A stretch of 24,000 nt of DNA from Candidatus Saccharimonadales bacterium (GTDB taxonomy: Bacteria; Patescibacteriota; Saccharimonadia; Saccharimonadales; Saccharimonadaceae). Below, one piece after another: positions 13,816 through 20,637 of this stretch. Position numbers and translations under genes: made by a program. How positions within the stretch are numbered: position 1 is the first letter of the stretch; every line of letters starts with the position of its first letter. The notes under the pieces are model-generated. The model was given only the letters and a program-made list of their open reading frames with translations, made no database searches and had not been told where the DNA came from. The stretch spans positions 1-24,000 of the forward strand of contig JBAQIV010000048.1 of the NCBI GenBank assembly GCA_049289035.1. The letters are read 5' to 3'.

Positions 13816-15296
13816 AGCTTTGGTGCGTGCGGGTCGGGCGTATGTAGGTATTTTTTTGGAAACAGTACGCCTTCGTACGGCGTAATGACCCCACCTTCAA
13901 AAATCTTTGTAATCGCAGCGCTCGTGTCAGGCAAAAATGGCGCCAGCAATTCAGCAACTTGCTGCAGCGTACCCGCCGCGTGCAACAAAATTTCTTCCAA
14001 GTGTGCGGCCGCTTCGGGGTCGGTGTCTTTGGTCTTTGCTACCGTCCACGGTTTGACGTCCTCGAGGTACTGGTTGAGCGAGCGTACCGTAAGCCAAACA
14101 TGATCGAGCGCTTTATTGAACTCAAGAGCATGCATCGCCTCATGATACGCGTCTGAGTCATGCTCAGCCTTGACGCCATCACCGACCACACCCTGCTGAT
14201 AGCGGTTGACCATGGCAACCACACGCTGCACGAGGTTGCCCAGTTCGTTACTTAGCTCGTTGTTGTAAGCAGTTTCAAACTTTTCATACGTAAAATCGCC
14301 GTCTTCGAGAGTCGGTATGTGACGCGCAAAGAAATAACGAAAGGCGTCGAGTCCGTATTGGTCGATTATCTCTGATGGGTCGATACCGTTGCCGAGGCTT
14401 TTCGATATCTTTGAGCCACCAATATTCACAAAACCATGCGCCAATATCTTTTTCGGCAGTGGCAACCCAAGACCAAGTAAGATCGCTGGCCAAATAATGG
14501 CGTGAAACCGCAATATATCTTTGCCGATCACCTGCACATCAGCTGGCCAAAATTCGTGCCACGTTTCACTCTGCGGATAGCCAAGTACCGTGATGTAGTT
14601 ACTGAGCGCATCTATCCAGACATAGATGACCTGCTCGGGGTCATCTGGCACCTGCACGCCCCAGCTCAGGCTCTTTTTTGGGCGGCTAATAGACACGTCG
14701 TGCACGCCGTCCTTGATCAGCTCAAGTATCTCATTGCGGCGAAATTCTGGCACAATTCGCATCGTACCCGACGTTATCGCGTCACGGATCTGGTCGGTAA
14801 AATCGCTGCAGCGTAAATAATAATTCTCCTCGCTCAACTGTTCGTATGGTTTTTGGTGGTTCGGACAAATACCGTTCGTTGACTCAACCTCTTTGTCGGT
14901 ATAAAACTGTTCACAGCCCGTGCAATACCAGCCCTGGTACGTATTTTTGTAGATATGCGGACGGAGTTGCTGCCATATATACTGCACTGCTGCGATATGC
15001 TGGGCATCGGTTGTACGAACAACATCGGTAAAGCTCGCGCCAACCTTCTCGGCCATTTGGCGAAAAGCCTGCGAAGACTGGTCCACAAACGTCTGCGGTG
15101 CTATACCGTGCTCGGCGGCTTTCATGGCATTTTTGTTGCCATGTTCGTCAGTGCCTATCTGATAGCGAACTTCTTGGCCGTTGACCCTATGATACCGCGC
15201 CCAAATGTCCGCCAGCAAATAGTCCATAGCATGCCCAATATGCGGTGCGCCGTTGACATAGGGAATAGCGGTCGTAATATATAATTTTTTGCTCAT
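13812..15296 (-). CDS. metG: Methionine--tRNA ligase (short form)
   Basis: Motifs YITTAIPYVNGAPHIGHA (HIGH) and KISKSLGN (KMSKS) are present. The ORF track starts at GTG 15302. I prefer ATG 15296 (MSKKLYITT...) because a TATAAT box at 15310-15305 would exclude the GTG from the transcript. The stop overlaps the tatD-family start by 4 nt. Confidence 0.92.
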   Translation of the reverse strand: MSKKLYITTAIPYVNGAPHIGHAMDYLLADIWARYHRVNGQEVRYQIGTDEHGNKNAMKAAEHGIAPQTFVDQSSQAFRQMAEKVGASFTDVVRTTDAQHIAAVQYIWQQLRPHIYKNTYQGWYCTGCEQFYTDKEVESTNGICPNHQKPYEQLSEENYYLRCSDFTDQIRDAITSGTMRIVPEFRRNEILELIKDGVHDVSISRPKKSLSWGVQVPDDPEQVIYVWIDALSNYITVLGYPQSETWHEFWPADVQVIGKDILRFHAIIWPAILLGLGLPLPKKILAHGFVNIGGSKISKSLGNGIDPSEIIDQYGLDAFRYFFARHIPTLEDGDFTYEKFETAYNNELSNELGNLVQRVVAMVNRYQQGVVGDGVKAEHDSDAYHEAMHALEFNKALDHVWLTVRSLNQYLEDVKPWTVAKTKDTDPEAAAHLEEILLHAAGTLQQVAELLAPFLPDTSAAITKIFEGGVITPYEGVLFPKKYLHTPDPHAPKL

Positions 15297-15329
15297 TGCC
15301 ACCTATTATATCCTATTTTCCTCTTTCCC

Positions 15330-15383
15330 CTGCTATAAGGTTCAACCCTGAGCAATATTGCTCAGGGTTGAACCTTATAGCAG
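15330..15383. repeat. Perfect 54-nt palindrome (two inverted 27-nt REP-like units) flanking the transposase gene
   Basis: CTGCTATAAGGTTCAACCCTGAGCAAT followed directly by its exact reverse complement. It abuts the transposase stop codon (15384-15386). Confidence 0.95.
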
Positions 15384-15983
15384 TTATCCGGCAAGCTGTT
15401 TTGACAGCAACTTTAGTTCGTCACGACGATCGACATAGTCATCGAGAAACTTCCTGTAATTACTCACATCCGGCAGCAGCTCCGTGTTAAGCCACGCGGC
15501 GTGTTTGTCGCCTAGGTAATAGCCAAGGCTCGACCATGGCCATCGTATATAATCTTCTGGATTGAGGTGGATGTACCGACTGATATGTGCAAATTGTGCG
15601 TCATCAGTCATTCGCACCGCCCGATATCGCTGCTGAAAAACAGTACCGACATGATGATATTTCCTGTTAAAATACATGCTATAGGCCGTCCCGATAGAAG
15701 TAAGAAGTTTTTTCATACCATCTTTTGAACTTTGATACACTAGCAAATGATAATGGTTCGGCATAAGACAATACGCCATAAGACTCACCTCTTTTGCATA
15801 ACACGGATACGGTTGACGGTTGGGCATTTTTGCGCCTTTTGGATCAAGATACCTTTTAAACAAGCTTAAGAATACCTCATAATCCTCATCGTCACGAAAA
15901 ACTTTTTGCTTTGATGCTCCCCTGTTATAAACATGGTAGTAAGAATCCTCAACATAGACTTTTGTCACATTTTTTGCAGGCAT
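15384..15983 (-). CDS. IS200/IS605-family HUH tyrosine (Y1) transposase, REP-associated (RAYT-like)
   Basis: HUH motif in YCLMPNHYHLLV. Also YYHVYNRG, YFNRKY..GTVFQQRY and the tyrosine-helix motif SRYIHLNP. I start at ATG 15983 (MPAKNV...). The 15 extra codons of the track ORF (to 16028) are read out of the flanking palindrome. Confidence 0.8.
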   Translation of the reverse strand: MPAKNVTKVYVEDSYYHVYNRGASKQKVFRDDEDYEVFLSLFKRYLDPKGAKMPNRQPYPCYAKEVSLMAYCLMPNHYHLLVYQSSKDGMKKLLTSIGTAYSMYFNRKYHHVGTVFQQRYRAVRMTDDAQFAHISRYIHLNPEDYIRWPWSSLGYYLGDKHAAWLNTELLPDVSNYRKFLDDYVDRRDELKLLSKQLAG

Positions 15984-16011
15984 ATATTCATCATACGCCT
16001 CTTCGCGATTT

Positions 16012-16069
16012 CCTGCTATAAGGTTCAACCCCGAGCAATAGTTTGCTCAGGGTTGAACCTTATAGCAGG
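16012..16069. repeat. 58-nt near-perfect palindrome, second copy of the REP-like doublet
   Basis: CCTGCTATAAGGTTCAACCCCGAGCAA-TAGT-TTGCTCAGGGTTGAACCTTATAGCAGG. It forms 27 bp with one C/A mismatch and uses the same 27-nt unit as 15330-15383. Confidence 0.95.
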
Positions 16070-16079
16070 TGAGTTATTG

Positions 16080-16703
16080 TTATTTACCGGCCAGTCGTAG
16101 CAAGATACGGCGCATGGCCGGACGGAAAAACAGCCAGCCGAGTGTCGTAACAAGGCCGATTGCAAAAAAGGCAATCCATGAAAACCGTCGCAAATACGGT
16201 TCGGCGGCTAGCCCAGCGAAGTACACACCTGCCGTAACCGTACCGGCCCACAGGACCGCCCCTGTAACATTGGCAACCAAAAACTTTGGATAATGCATCT
16301 TGAGTATGCCAGCGAGCGGCCCAGCAAATATGCGCAGCAGTGCGACAAACCGCCCAAAAAACACCGCCCACATACCGTGCCGGTGAAAAATCGCCTCTGA
16401 TAGCGCAATATTATCATCACTAAATTCATGCGGCAACTTTGTCTGCAGCACTCGCAACAAACGCCGCCCATAATGGTATCCGAACCAGTACCCCACTGAG
16501 TCGCCAATACTTGCGCCTACTATAGCAACAGACGCCACGACGACTGGGTTAATATGTGGATTATGTGCCGCTAAAAAGGCCGCGCTCATCAGGGTAATTT
16601 CACCTGGGAGCGGCACCCCAAAACTCTCGATCATGACCACACCAAAGACAAACGCGTAAATAAGATCAGGTGAAAGTGACTGCAAAAATTCCATGACATG
16701 CAT
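16080..16703 (-). CDS. DedA-family (SNARE-associated/VTT domain) membrane protein
   Basis: 207-aa polytopic membrane ORF with the DedA signature region MIESFGVPLPGEITL and FFGRFVALLRIFAGPLAGI. Confidence 0.85.
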   Translation of the reverse strand: MHVMEFLQSLSPDLIYAFVFGVVMIESFGVPLPGEITLMSAAFLAAHNPHINPVVVASVAIVGASIGDSVGYWFGYHYGRRLLRVLQTKLPHEFSDDNIALSEAIFHRHGMWAVFFGRFVALLRIFAGPLAGILKMHYPKFLVANVTGAVLWAGTVTAGVYFAGLAAEPYLRRFSWIAFFAIGLVTTLGWLFFRPAMRRILLRLAGK

Positions 16704-16709
16704 ACGTTT

Positions 16710-16738
16710 AGCCTACATTACAGGGGTATTGTTGTCAA
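16710..16738 (-). promoter_or_regulatory. Putative promoter for the DedA gene
   Basis: The minus strand reads TTGACA (16738-16733), a 17-nt spacer, TAGGCT (16715-16710), then 6 nt before the ATG at 16703. No Shine-Dalgarno sequence is present. Confidence 0.4.
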
Positions 16739-16740
16739 AA

Positions 16741-17490
16741 TTATGGTGTCATGACCGCTGCAACCATCATACGGCCCTGGCGATCTGAGCGATCCAGCTC
16801 AGTCGCGGCGCGGTGCGAGTAGTAACGCTCGTCGGTGTAGGTATTGATCGGGCTGACGTAGATACTGCCTGGCTTTACACCCAGCCGCTCGAATCGATCG
16901 CGGTTATGGCCGGGTATGTCGATGTGTATCATGCCGTCTGCTCCTGGTCGTTGCCAGGCCTGCCACTGCTCGGGGTGCGGCGGGGTAAAATACGTCATGC
17001 GATCGTGGTCGGGCTTGAGGCTCGGGCTCATCCAGACATGCCAGTCGCGCGGATCCGAACCCACTTCGTCGGCCACGCGTATGGCAAATTCTTCGATCAG
17101 CCCCGCCACACTGGCGTGGCGACCGAGGTGCAACACACCGAATAGATGTGCCACGGGGTCGTATACCACCGTCGCTACACAGTCTGCCACCGGCAGGGTG
17201 ATGACTTTGCCCGAGATCGTCGTAAACAGCGCATCACATTTGATCGCACCTGCTGTGTCTGCATCGACTCGCTCGATGTGCGTATAGGTATTTTCTGGTA
17301 GGTACGTGACAAAAACCTTTGCCCGCCCCTCCGGCTCAAAGCCATATTTTTTCAAAAAAACTTCTGTATTTTGCTCATGTTCTGGTAGCGATGGTTTGCC
17401 GCCACCCGCCGCAATCGACCCATCCTCGACGCTCGAAAACACCACGTGAACACCATGAGGAAAAGTGTCGATAGGTTTATATGTTTTCAT
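16741..17490 (-). CDS. pgeF: YfiH/PgeF-family (DUF152, laccase-domain) protein
   Basis: 249-aa ORF with LPVADCVATVVYDP and GVLHLGRHASVAGL, matching the family ADC...H.GW.G pattern. The tail is YYSHRAA...GRMMVAAV. Several canonical residues diverge, so confidence is moderate. Confidence 0.65.
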   Translation of the reverse strand: MKTYKPIDTFPHGVHVVFSSVEDGSIAAGGGKPSLPEHEQNTEVFLKKYGFEPEGRAKVFVTYLPENTYTHIERVDADTAGAIKCDALFTTISGKVITLPVADCVATVVYDPVAHLFGVLHLGRHASVAGLIEEFAIRVADEVGSDPRDWHVWMSPSLKPDHDRMTYFTPPHPEQWQAWQRPGADGMIHIDIPGHNRDRFERLGVKPGSIYVSPINTYTDERYYSHRAATELDRSDRQGRMMVAAVMTP

Positions 17491-17516
17491 ATAGTATTTA
17501 TCTTATCATCAAATGG

Positions 17517-17546
17517 TATGAGCCAGGATGTTACTCCTGGCTCATA
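17517..17546 (-). terminator. Putative terminator hairpin after the small membrane-protein gene
   Basis: Perfect 12-bp stem TATGAGCCAGGA / TCCTGGCTCATA with a 6-nt loop, 22 nt past the stop at 17568. On the minus strand it is followed by CCATTTGATGA, a weak U-tract. Confidence 0.5.
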
Positions 17547-17567
17547 CGTTCTGCTCGAGTGGAACTG

Positions 17568-17924
17568 TCACGCAGCGGCGCGTGCCGCGGTGATGGCACG
17601 CCGGACATACATGTCCGACCAACCACACACCAGCAGCATGACGGTCGCACCGACGACGAAGAAGATGGTATCGGTGGGCATGAGCTCAGACCTTCGCACC
17701 TGCATCGCAAGAGCGAAGACCTCCACCATGATGGAGCATGTGTACATACCCAACATGGGGGTACCGTACATGCCGAGCGTCTTGTGCGCGAGGTAGTCCT
17801 CGGCGTAGACGATACCCGTCTCGCCTGCAGACTCGGCCATGTGCGCGTGGTACAACGCCATTCCCACAGCCAGAGCCGCAACGAACAGCAACAGGCCGAT
17901 GGTTGTGATCTGGAAGGTGTTCAT
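17568..17924 (-). CDS. Small hypothetical membrane protein (118 aa, about 3 TM helices), compositionally foreign
   Basis: ATG 17924 is preceded by GAAAGG 7 nt upstream and by a consensus promoter. The hydrophobic segments are plausible TM helices. By my hand count about 95 of 118 codons end in G/C, unlike the flanking genes. Two other long frames overlap it, as expected in a GC-rich stretch. Confidence 0.55.
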   Translation of the reverse strand: MNTFQITTIGLLLFVAALAVGMALYHAHMAESAGETGIVYAEDYLAHKTLGMYGTPMLGMYTCSIMVEVFALAMQVRRSELMPTDTIFFVVGATVMLLVCGWSDMYVRRAITAARAAA

Positions 17925-17974
17925 TACTTGCCTTTCGAGTCAGCTGATGGAAACGTGCAGAACGTATCTTTACT

Positions 17975-18003
17975 ATAATATCACACTAAGATAAATTTGT
18001 CAA
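17975..18003 (-). promoter_or_regulatory. Near-consensus sigma70 promoter for the small membrane-protein gene
   Basis: The minus strand reads TTGACA (18003-17998), a 17-nt spacer, TATTAT (17980-17975). It overlaps the last codons and stop of rsmA and predicts a ~45-nt leader. Confidence 0.6.
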
Positions 18004-18852
18004 TGTTTGCCACTGTTCTATACTTAGTTCCTGCGCGCGGGCATCGGGAGAAATATTGGCTTTTTGCAATAGTGCCCCTGCGTCAGTTTTGCTGATAGCG
18101 AGGCCGGCGGCAAGCGAGCTACGCAGTTTTTTGCGGCGTTCGGCAAAACCGGCATGCGCGAGACGAAAAAAGGCTTTTTGCTGGTCGGTAGGCACGAGTG
18201 GCTGGTCGCGGCGGCGTAGTATGACCACTTGGCTATCAACTTTGGGTGGTGGCGTGAATTTGTCGCGCAGCACCACGGGCCCCAGACTGACGTCATGAAA
18301 CACCTGAGCCGACAGTGACAACAGGCTCATCTGCCCCGGACCAGCCGCGAGCCGCTCGGCCACTTCTTTTTGTACCAGTAGCACCGCAATTTTTGGCCTA
18401 ATAGGCCCTTCAGACACTTTACGAACGATTTTATTCGTGATGTAGTATGGAATATTGCCTACAACGATAAAGTCATCAGGCAGCCCCGTAAAGTCGTACG
18501 AGAGTATGTCCTGGTGTACCACCTCGAGATTTTTGCCTGGGAACTGCCCCAGCAACTTGCGTGCCAAATCCGCGTCATATTCTACCGCAATCACCCGTTC
18601 GGCCCGCGCCAACAGTACACTTGTCAAAGCGCCTTGTCCCGGGCCTATTTCCACTACTATAGAGGGGCTGGCAAACCCGCCCCGTGTGCCTTGCGAAGTA
18701 AATTCGCGACGCACACTCCCTGCCCCTAAAGGCTGCTCTACCGCTTGCTTTGTAGCCATAGGAAGCTGCTGTCTTGGGAGGGCACAATCGACAATCGCCT
18801 CGAGAACGAGGCGATCAGTGAGCCAATGCTGGCCGAGTTCTTTTTTGGGCAC
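17986..18852 (-). CDS. rsmA: 16S rRNA (adenine1518/1519-N6)-dimethyltransferase RsmA/KsgA carrying a ~34-aa in-frame insertion
   Basis: Motifs LGQHWL (family LGQNFL), SAM-binding VEIGPGQGALT, VVGNIPYYIT, FTPPPKVDS and FAERRKKL are present. 42 residues lie between AIVDCA and VEIGPG, versus about 8 in E. coli KsgA as I remember it. Confidence 0.88.
   Translation of the reverse strand: MPKKELGQHWLTDRLVLEAIVDCALPRQQLPMATKQAVEQPLGAGSVRREFTSQGTRGGFASPSIVVEIGPGQGALTSVLLARAERVIAVEYDADLARKLLGQFPGKNLEVVHQDILSYDFTGLPDDFIVVGNIPYYITNKIVRKVSEGPIRPKIAVLLVQKEVAERLAAGPGQMSLLSLSAQVFHDVSLGPVVLRDKFTPPPKVDSQVVILRRRDQPLVPTDQQKAFFRLAHAGFAERRKKLRSSLAAGLAISKTDAGALLQKANISPDARAQELSIEQWQTLTNLS
18655..18780. other. Extra in-frame segment of rsmA containing an imperfect 14-bp hairpin
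   Basis: The segment encodes LPRQQLPMATKQAVEQPLGAGSVRREFTSQGTRGGFASPSIV. Hairpin GTGTGCCTTGCGAA-GTAAA-TTCGCGACGCACAC lies at 18684-18716 (one mismatch, one G-T). A GGGGC...GCCCC pair lies at 18664-18683. Confidence 0.55.
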
Positions 18853-18854
18853 GA

Positions 18855-20225
18855 TTAGTGACTCGCGAGTATGTTGTAGGCAAACTGGATTCGTTTACTT
18901 TCGGCGCAAATACCGCAGCGTTCATAGCCATTTTGAAAGGCCCGCACCGCTCCTTCGACAGAAGACGAAGCACGAATCTGCCCTAGTACCGAAGCGTAGG
19001 AGCCACTCAATTCGTACCAGAGGAAATCTAGCTGTGTGTGAATACTATAAGGATCAGGCCGCGACAACAAGGCACTCTTGCGTCCGCCAGTCCATTGAGC
19101 GAGTCCATCACCTGTCGTGTTGAAGCCGTGCTCTTGCTGCAAGTTGCCCATAATACCGGCGGTTTGCTCGCGCGAGAGGCCCTTGCCCATCAAGAAATCC
19201 CAGGTAATCGACTCATTTTGGCTCGGTGTTGTGTAGGCCCCCTTAAACTTTGTGCCGATAACGATCACTTGTTTGACAGGTTCGACTGTCGTGACACTTG
19301 CTATAACCGTGCGTGAGACTTCGCGGCCGCCTTTCATCTCGATCTCATAGGTCACATTTTTCTTGCCGTCTGAGCCTTCGGTGCGTACTTCGCGCGTGCC
19401 GGCGTCTTTGTCGGCGTCTTTGACTTCTTCGGTGGTTTTGGGTATCACTTCTTCTTGCGTCAATGTCTGCTTGCCATCGCGCCAGATAGAAATAGACATG
19501 CCAGCAACCAACGGCGCGGTATCTGGCACTGACTGGCCGTCTTGAGCGCCGAGTTTGATACCTTTTTCGCGTAGCATTGCTCCAACAGTCGCCGCTTGAG
19601 AGCGAATATCGGTCGCTTTGCCAAATAGCGACACGTGGACGAGTTTCGCGCGTTTTACCGACAACTGCAAGCCCGCCCCACCATCACGGAGGGGGTCAGT
19701 CGAACGATCAAACGACGTGGTATCTTCAGGGTAAAGTGTCAGACCGGCTGTGTCCATGATCTTTTTAGGGCTCTGTTCGGCCGTCAATACTTGAATGCGC
19801 CGCAAACCATCATTGATCACAACCCCGCGAGCACGGTAAATATTGACGCGATAATTCTTTGCAACGAGCGTCGTGTCGACCCGTGGTTCGACATTGTCGA
19901 TCGACTCAACTATTATGCCGCCATCGCGCAAGGCACTACCGATAGTGTTTTTGGTCGTGATAAACGTCTTTTCTTCGCCTTGATCATACACTGTTATCAG
20001 ATGTCGAGAGCTACTGTCGTCGGGACTAGCTGCCGCTGCCATACGAGAAAAAGCTATGCCGCCAGCCGCAATACATAGCAAGGCAAAGCTCCAGAAGATG
20101 TGGTGGGAGCGTATATATGTCGTCACCTGTGTATATTTACTACTCACAATTAGCTTTGCTATTGTACCAAAAAGCTTACTTATCTGCAAATTCTCGGCGT
20201 ATGATAGCGCGCGACAACGGATCAA
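18855..20225 (-). CDS. Membrane-anchored cell-wall hydrolase: DUF348 repeats + G5 domain + C-terminal phage-tail-lysozyme-like domain (start uncertain)
   Basis: 456-aa ORF with a TM helix (IFWSFALLCIAAGGIAF). DUF348-like repeats and a G5-like region (REVRTEGSDGKKNVTYEIEMKGGREVSRTVI) follow. The C-terminal domain reads GIMGNLQQEHGFN...GLAQWTGGR...QLDFLWYEL. The ATG at 20225 overlaps the Nudix gene by 50 nt, so a downstream start (e.g. GTG 20147) is possible. Confidence 0.8.
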   Translation of the reverse strand: MIRCRALSYAENLQISKLFGTIAKLIVSSKYTQVTTYIRSHHIFWSFALLCIAAGGIAFSRMAAAASPDDSSSRHLITVYDQGEEKTFITTKNTIGSALRDGGIIVESIDNVEPRVDTTLVAKNYRVNIYRARGVVINDGLRRIQVLTAEQSPKKIMDTAGLTLYPEDTTSFDRSTDPLRDGGAGLQLSVKRAKLVHVSLFGKATDIRSQAATVGAMLREKGIKLGAQDGQSVPDTAPLVAGMSISIWRDGKQTLTQEEVIPKTTEEVKDADKDAGTREVRTEGSDGKKNVTYEIEMKGGREVSRTVIASVTTVEPVKQVIVIGTKFKGAYTTPSQNESITWDFLMGKGLSREQTAGIMGNLQQEHGFNTTGDGLAQWTGGRKSALLSRPDPYSIHTQLDFLWYELSGSYASVLGQIRASSSVEGAVRAFQNGYERCGICAESKRIQFAYNILASH

Positions 20226-20637
20226 TATCGTGCGGCAAGGCTCGTACTTTGTACCATTTGCGATCGATAATTTCTGCTCGACGATACCACGGCAATGCTG
20301 GCAAGGCGTGTTTTTTTGTCTGAAGGGTGTAAAAGATTAGGTCGCAGCGCAATGGGTACAGCGCCGGCTGCGTCGTCAGATACGTAAGTGCCGCGCGGTC
20401 AACCACAAGCCCTGTTTCTTCACGTACCTCGCGTATCGCCGCCCGTGATGGCGCTTCACCTCTGTTGACGCCCCCGCCGGGCAAGGTCCAGCGCTGGTGC
20501 GAAAACCATGTCTTGGTGAGCAGCACATAGCCGCCACGAGTTCGTAACTCTACCCGAGTACGCGGACGTGTGCGCGAGGAAACCACTGCAATCAATGGCA
20601 TCATGAGGAAATGTAGCCACTTACCAAGCCATTTCAT
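20176..20637 (-). CDS. Nudix hydrolase
   Basis: 153-aa ORF with a Nudix box GGGVNRGEAPSRAAIREVREETGL (GX5EX7REUXEEXGU). Its start overlaps the helicase stop by 4 nt. Confidence 0.8.
   Translation of the reverse strand: MKWLGKWLHFLMMPLIAVVSSRTRPRTRVELRTRGGYVLLTKTWFSHQRWTLPGGGVNRGEAPSRAAIREVREETGLVVDRAALTYLTTQPALYPLRCDLIFYTLQTKKHALPALPWYRRAEIIDRKWYKVRALPHDIDPLSRAIIRREFADK

Larger units (their letters stand above)
15330..16069 (-). mobile_element. Compact IS200-like / RAYT unit: palindrome - HUH-Y1 transposase gene - palindrome (740 bp)
   Basis: A single transposase gene is bracketed by two copies of the same palindrome. The unit fills the whole gap between the DedA stop (16080) and the metG promoter region. 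Confidence 0.75.

Noticed and set aside
15984-16028. N-terminal 15 codons (MNLIAGNREEAYDEY) of the track ORF for the transposase
   Set aside because: The first codons are read directly out of the 16012-16069 palindrome. The internal ATG at 15983 gives the usual family N-terminus just before YYHVYNRG.
15330-16069. CRISPR array or tRNA-like element (the repeat contains GGTTCAACC, reminiscent of a T-arm)
   Set aside because: Only two repeat copies are present, and each is a self-complementary doublet flanking a transposase gene. There is no spacer periodicity, and no cloverleaf (acceptor, D or anticodon arms) can be drawn.
17481-17978. 165-aa plus-strand ORF and a 116-aa alternative minus frame (17531-17881) in the GC-rich cassette
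   Set aside because: Their translations are Arg/His/Asp-rich and not protein-like, as is typical of open off-frames in GC-rich DNA. The promoter, SD-like sequence and terminator all fit the 17568-17924 minus-strand frame, which encodes plausible TM helices.
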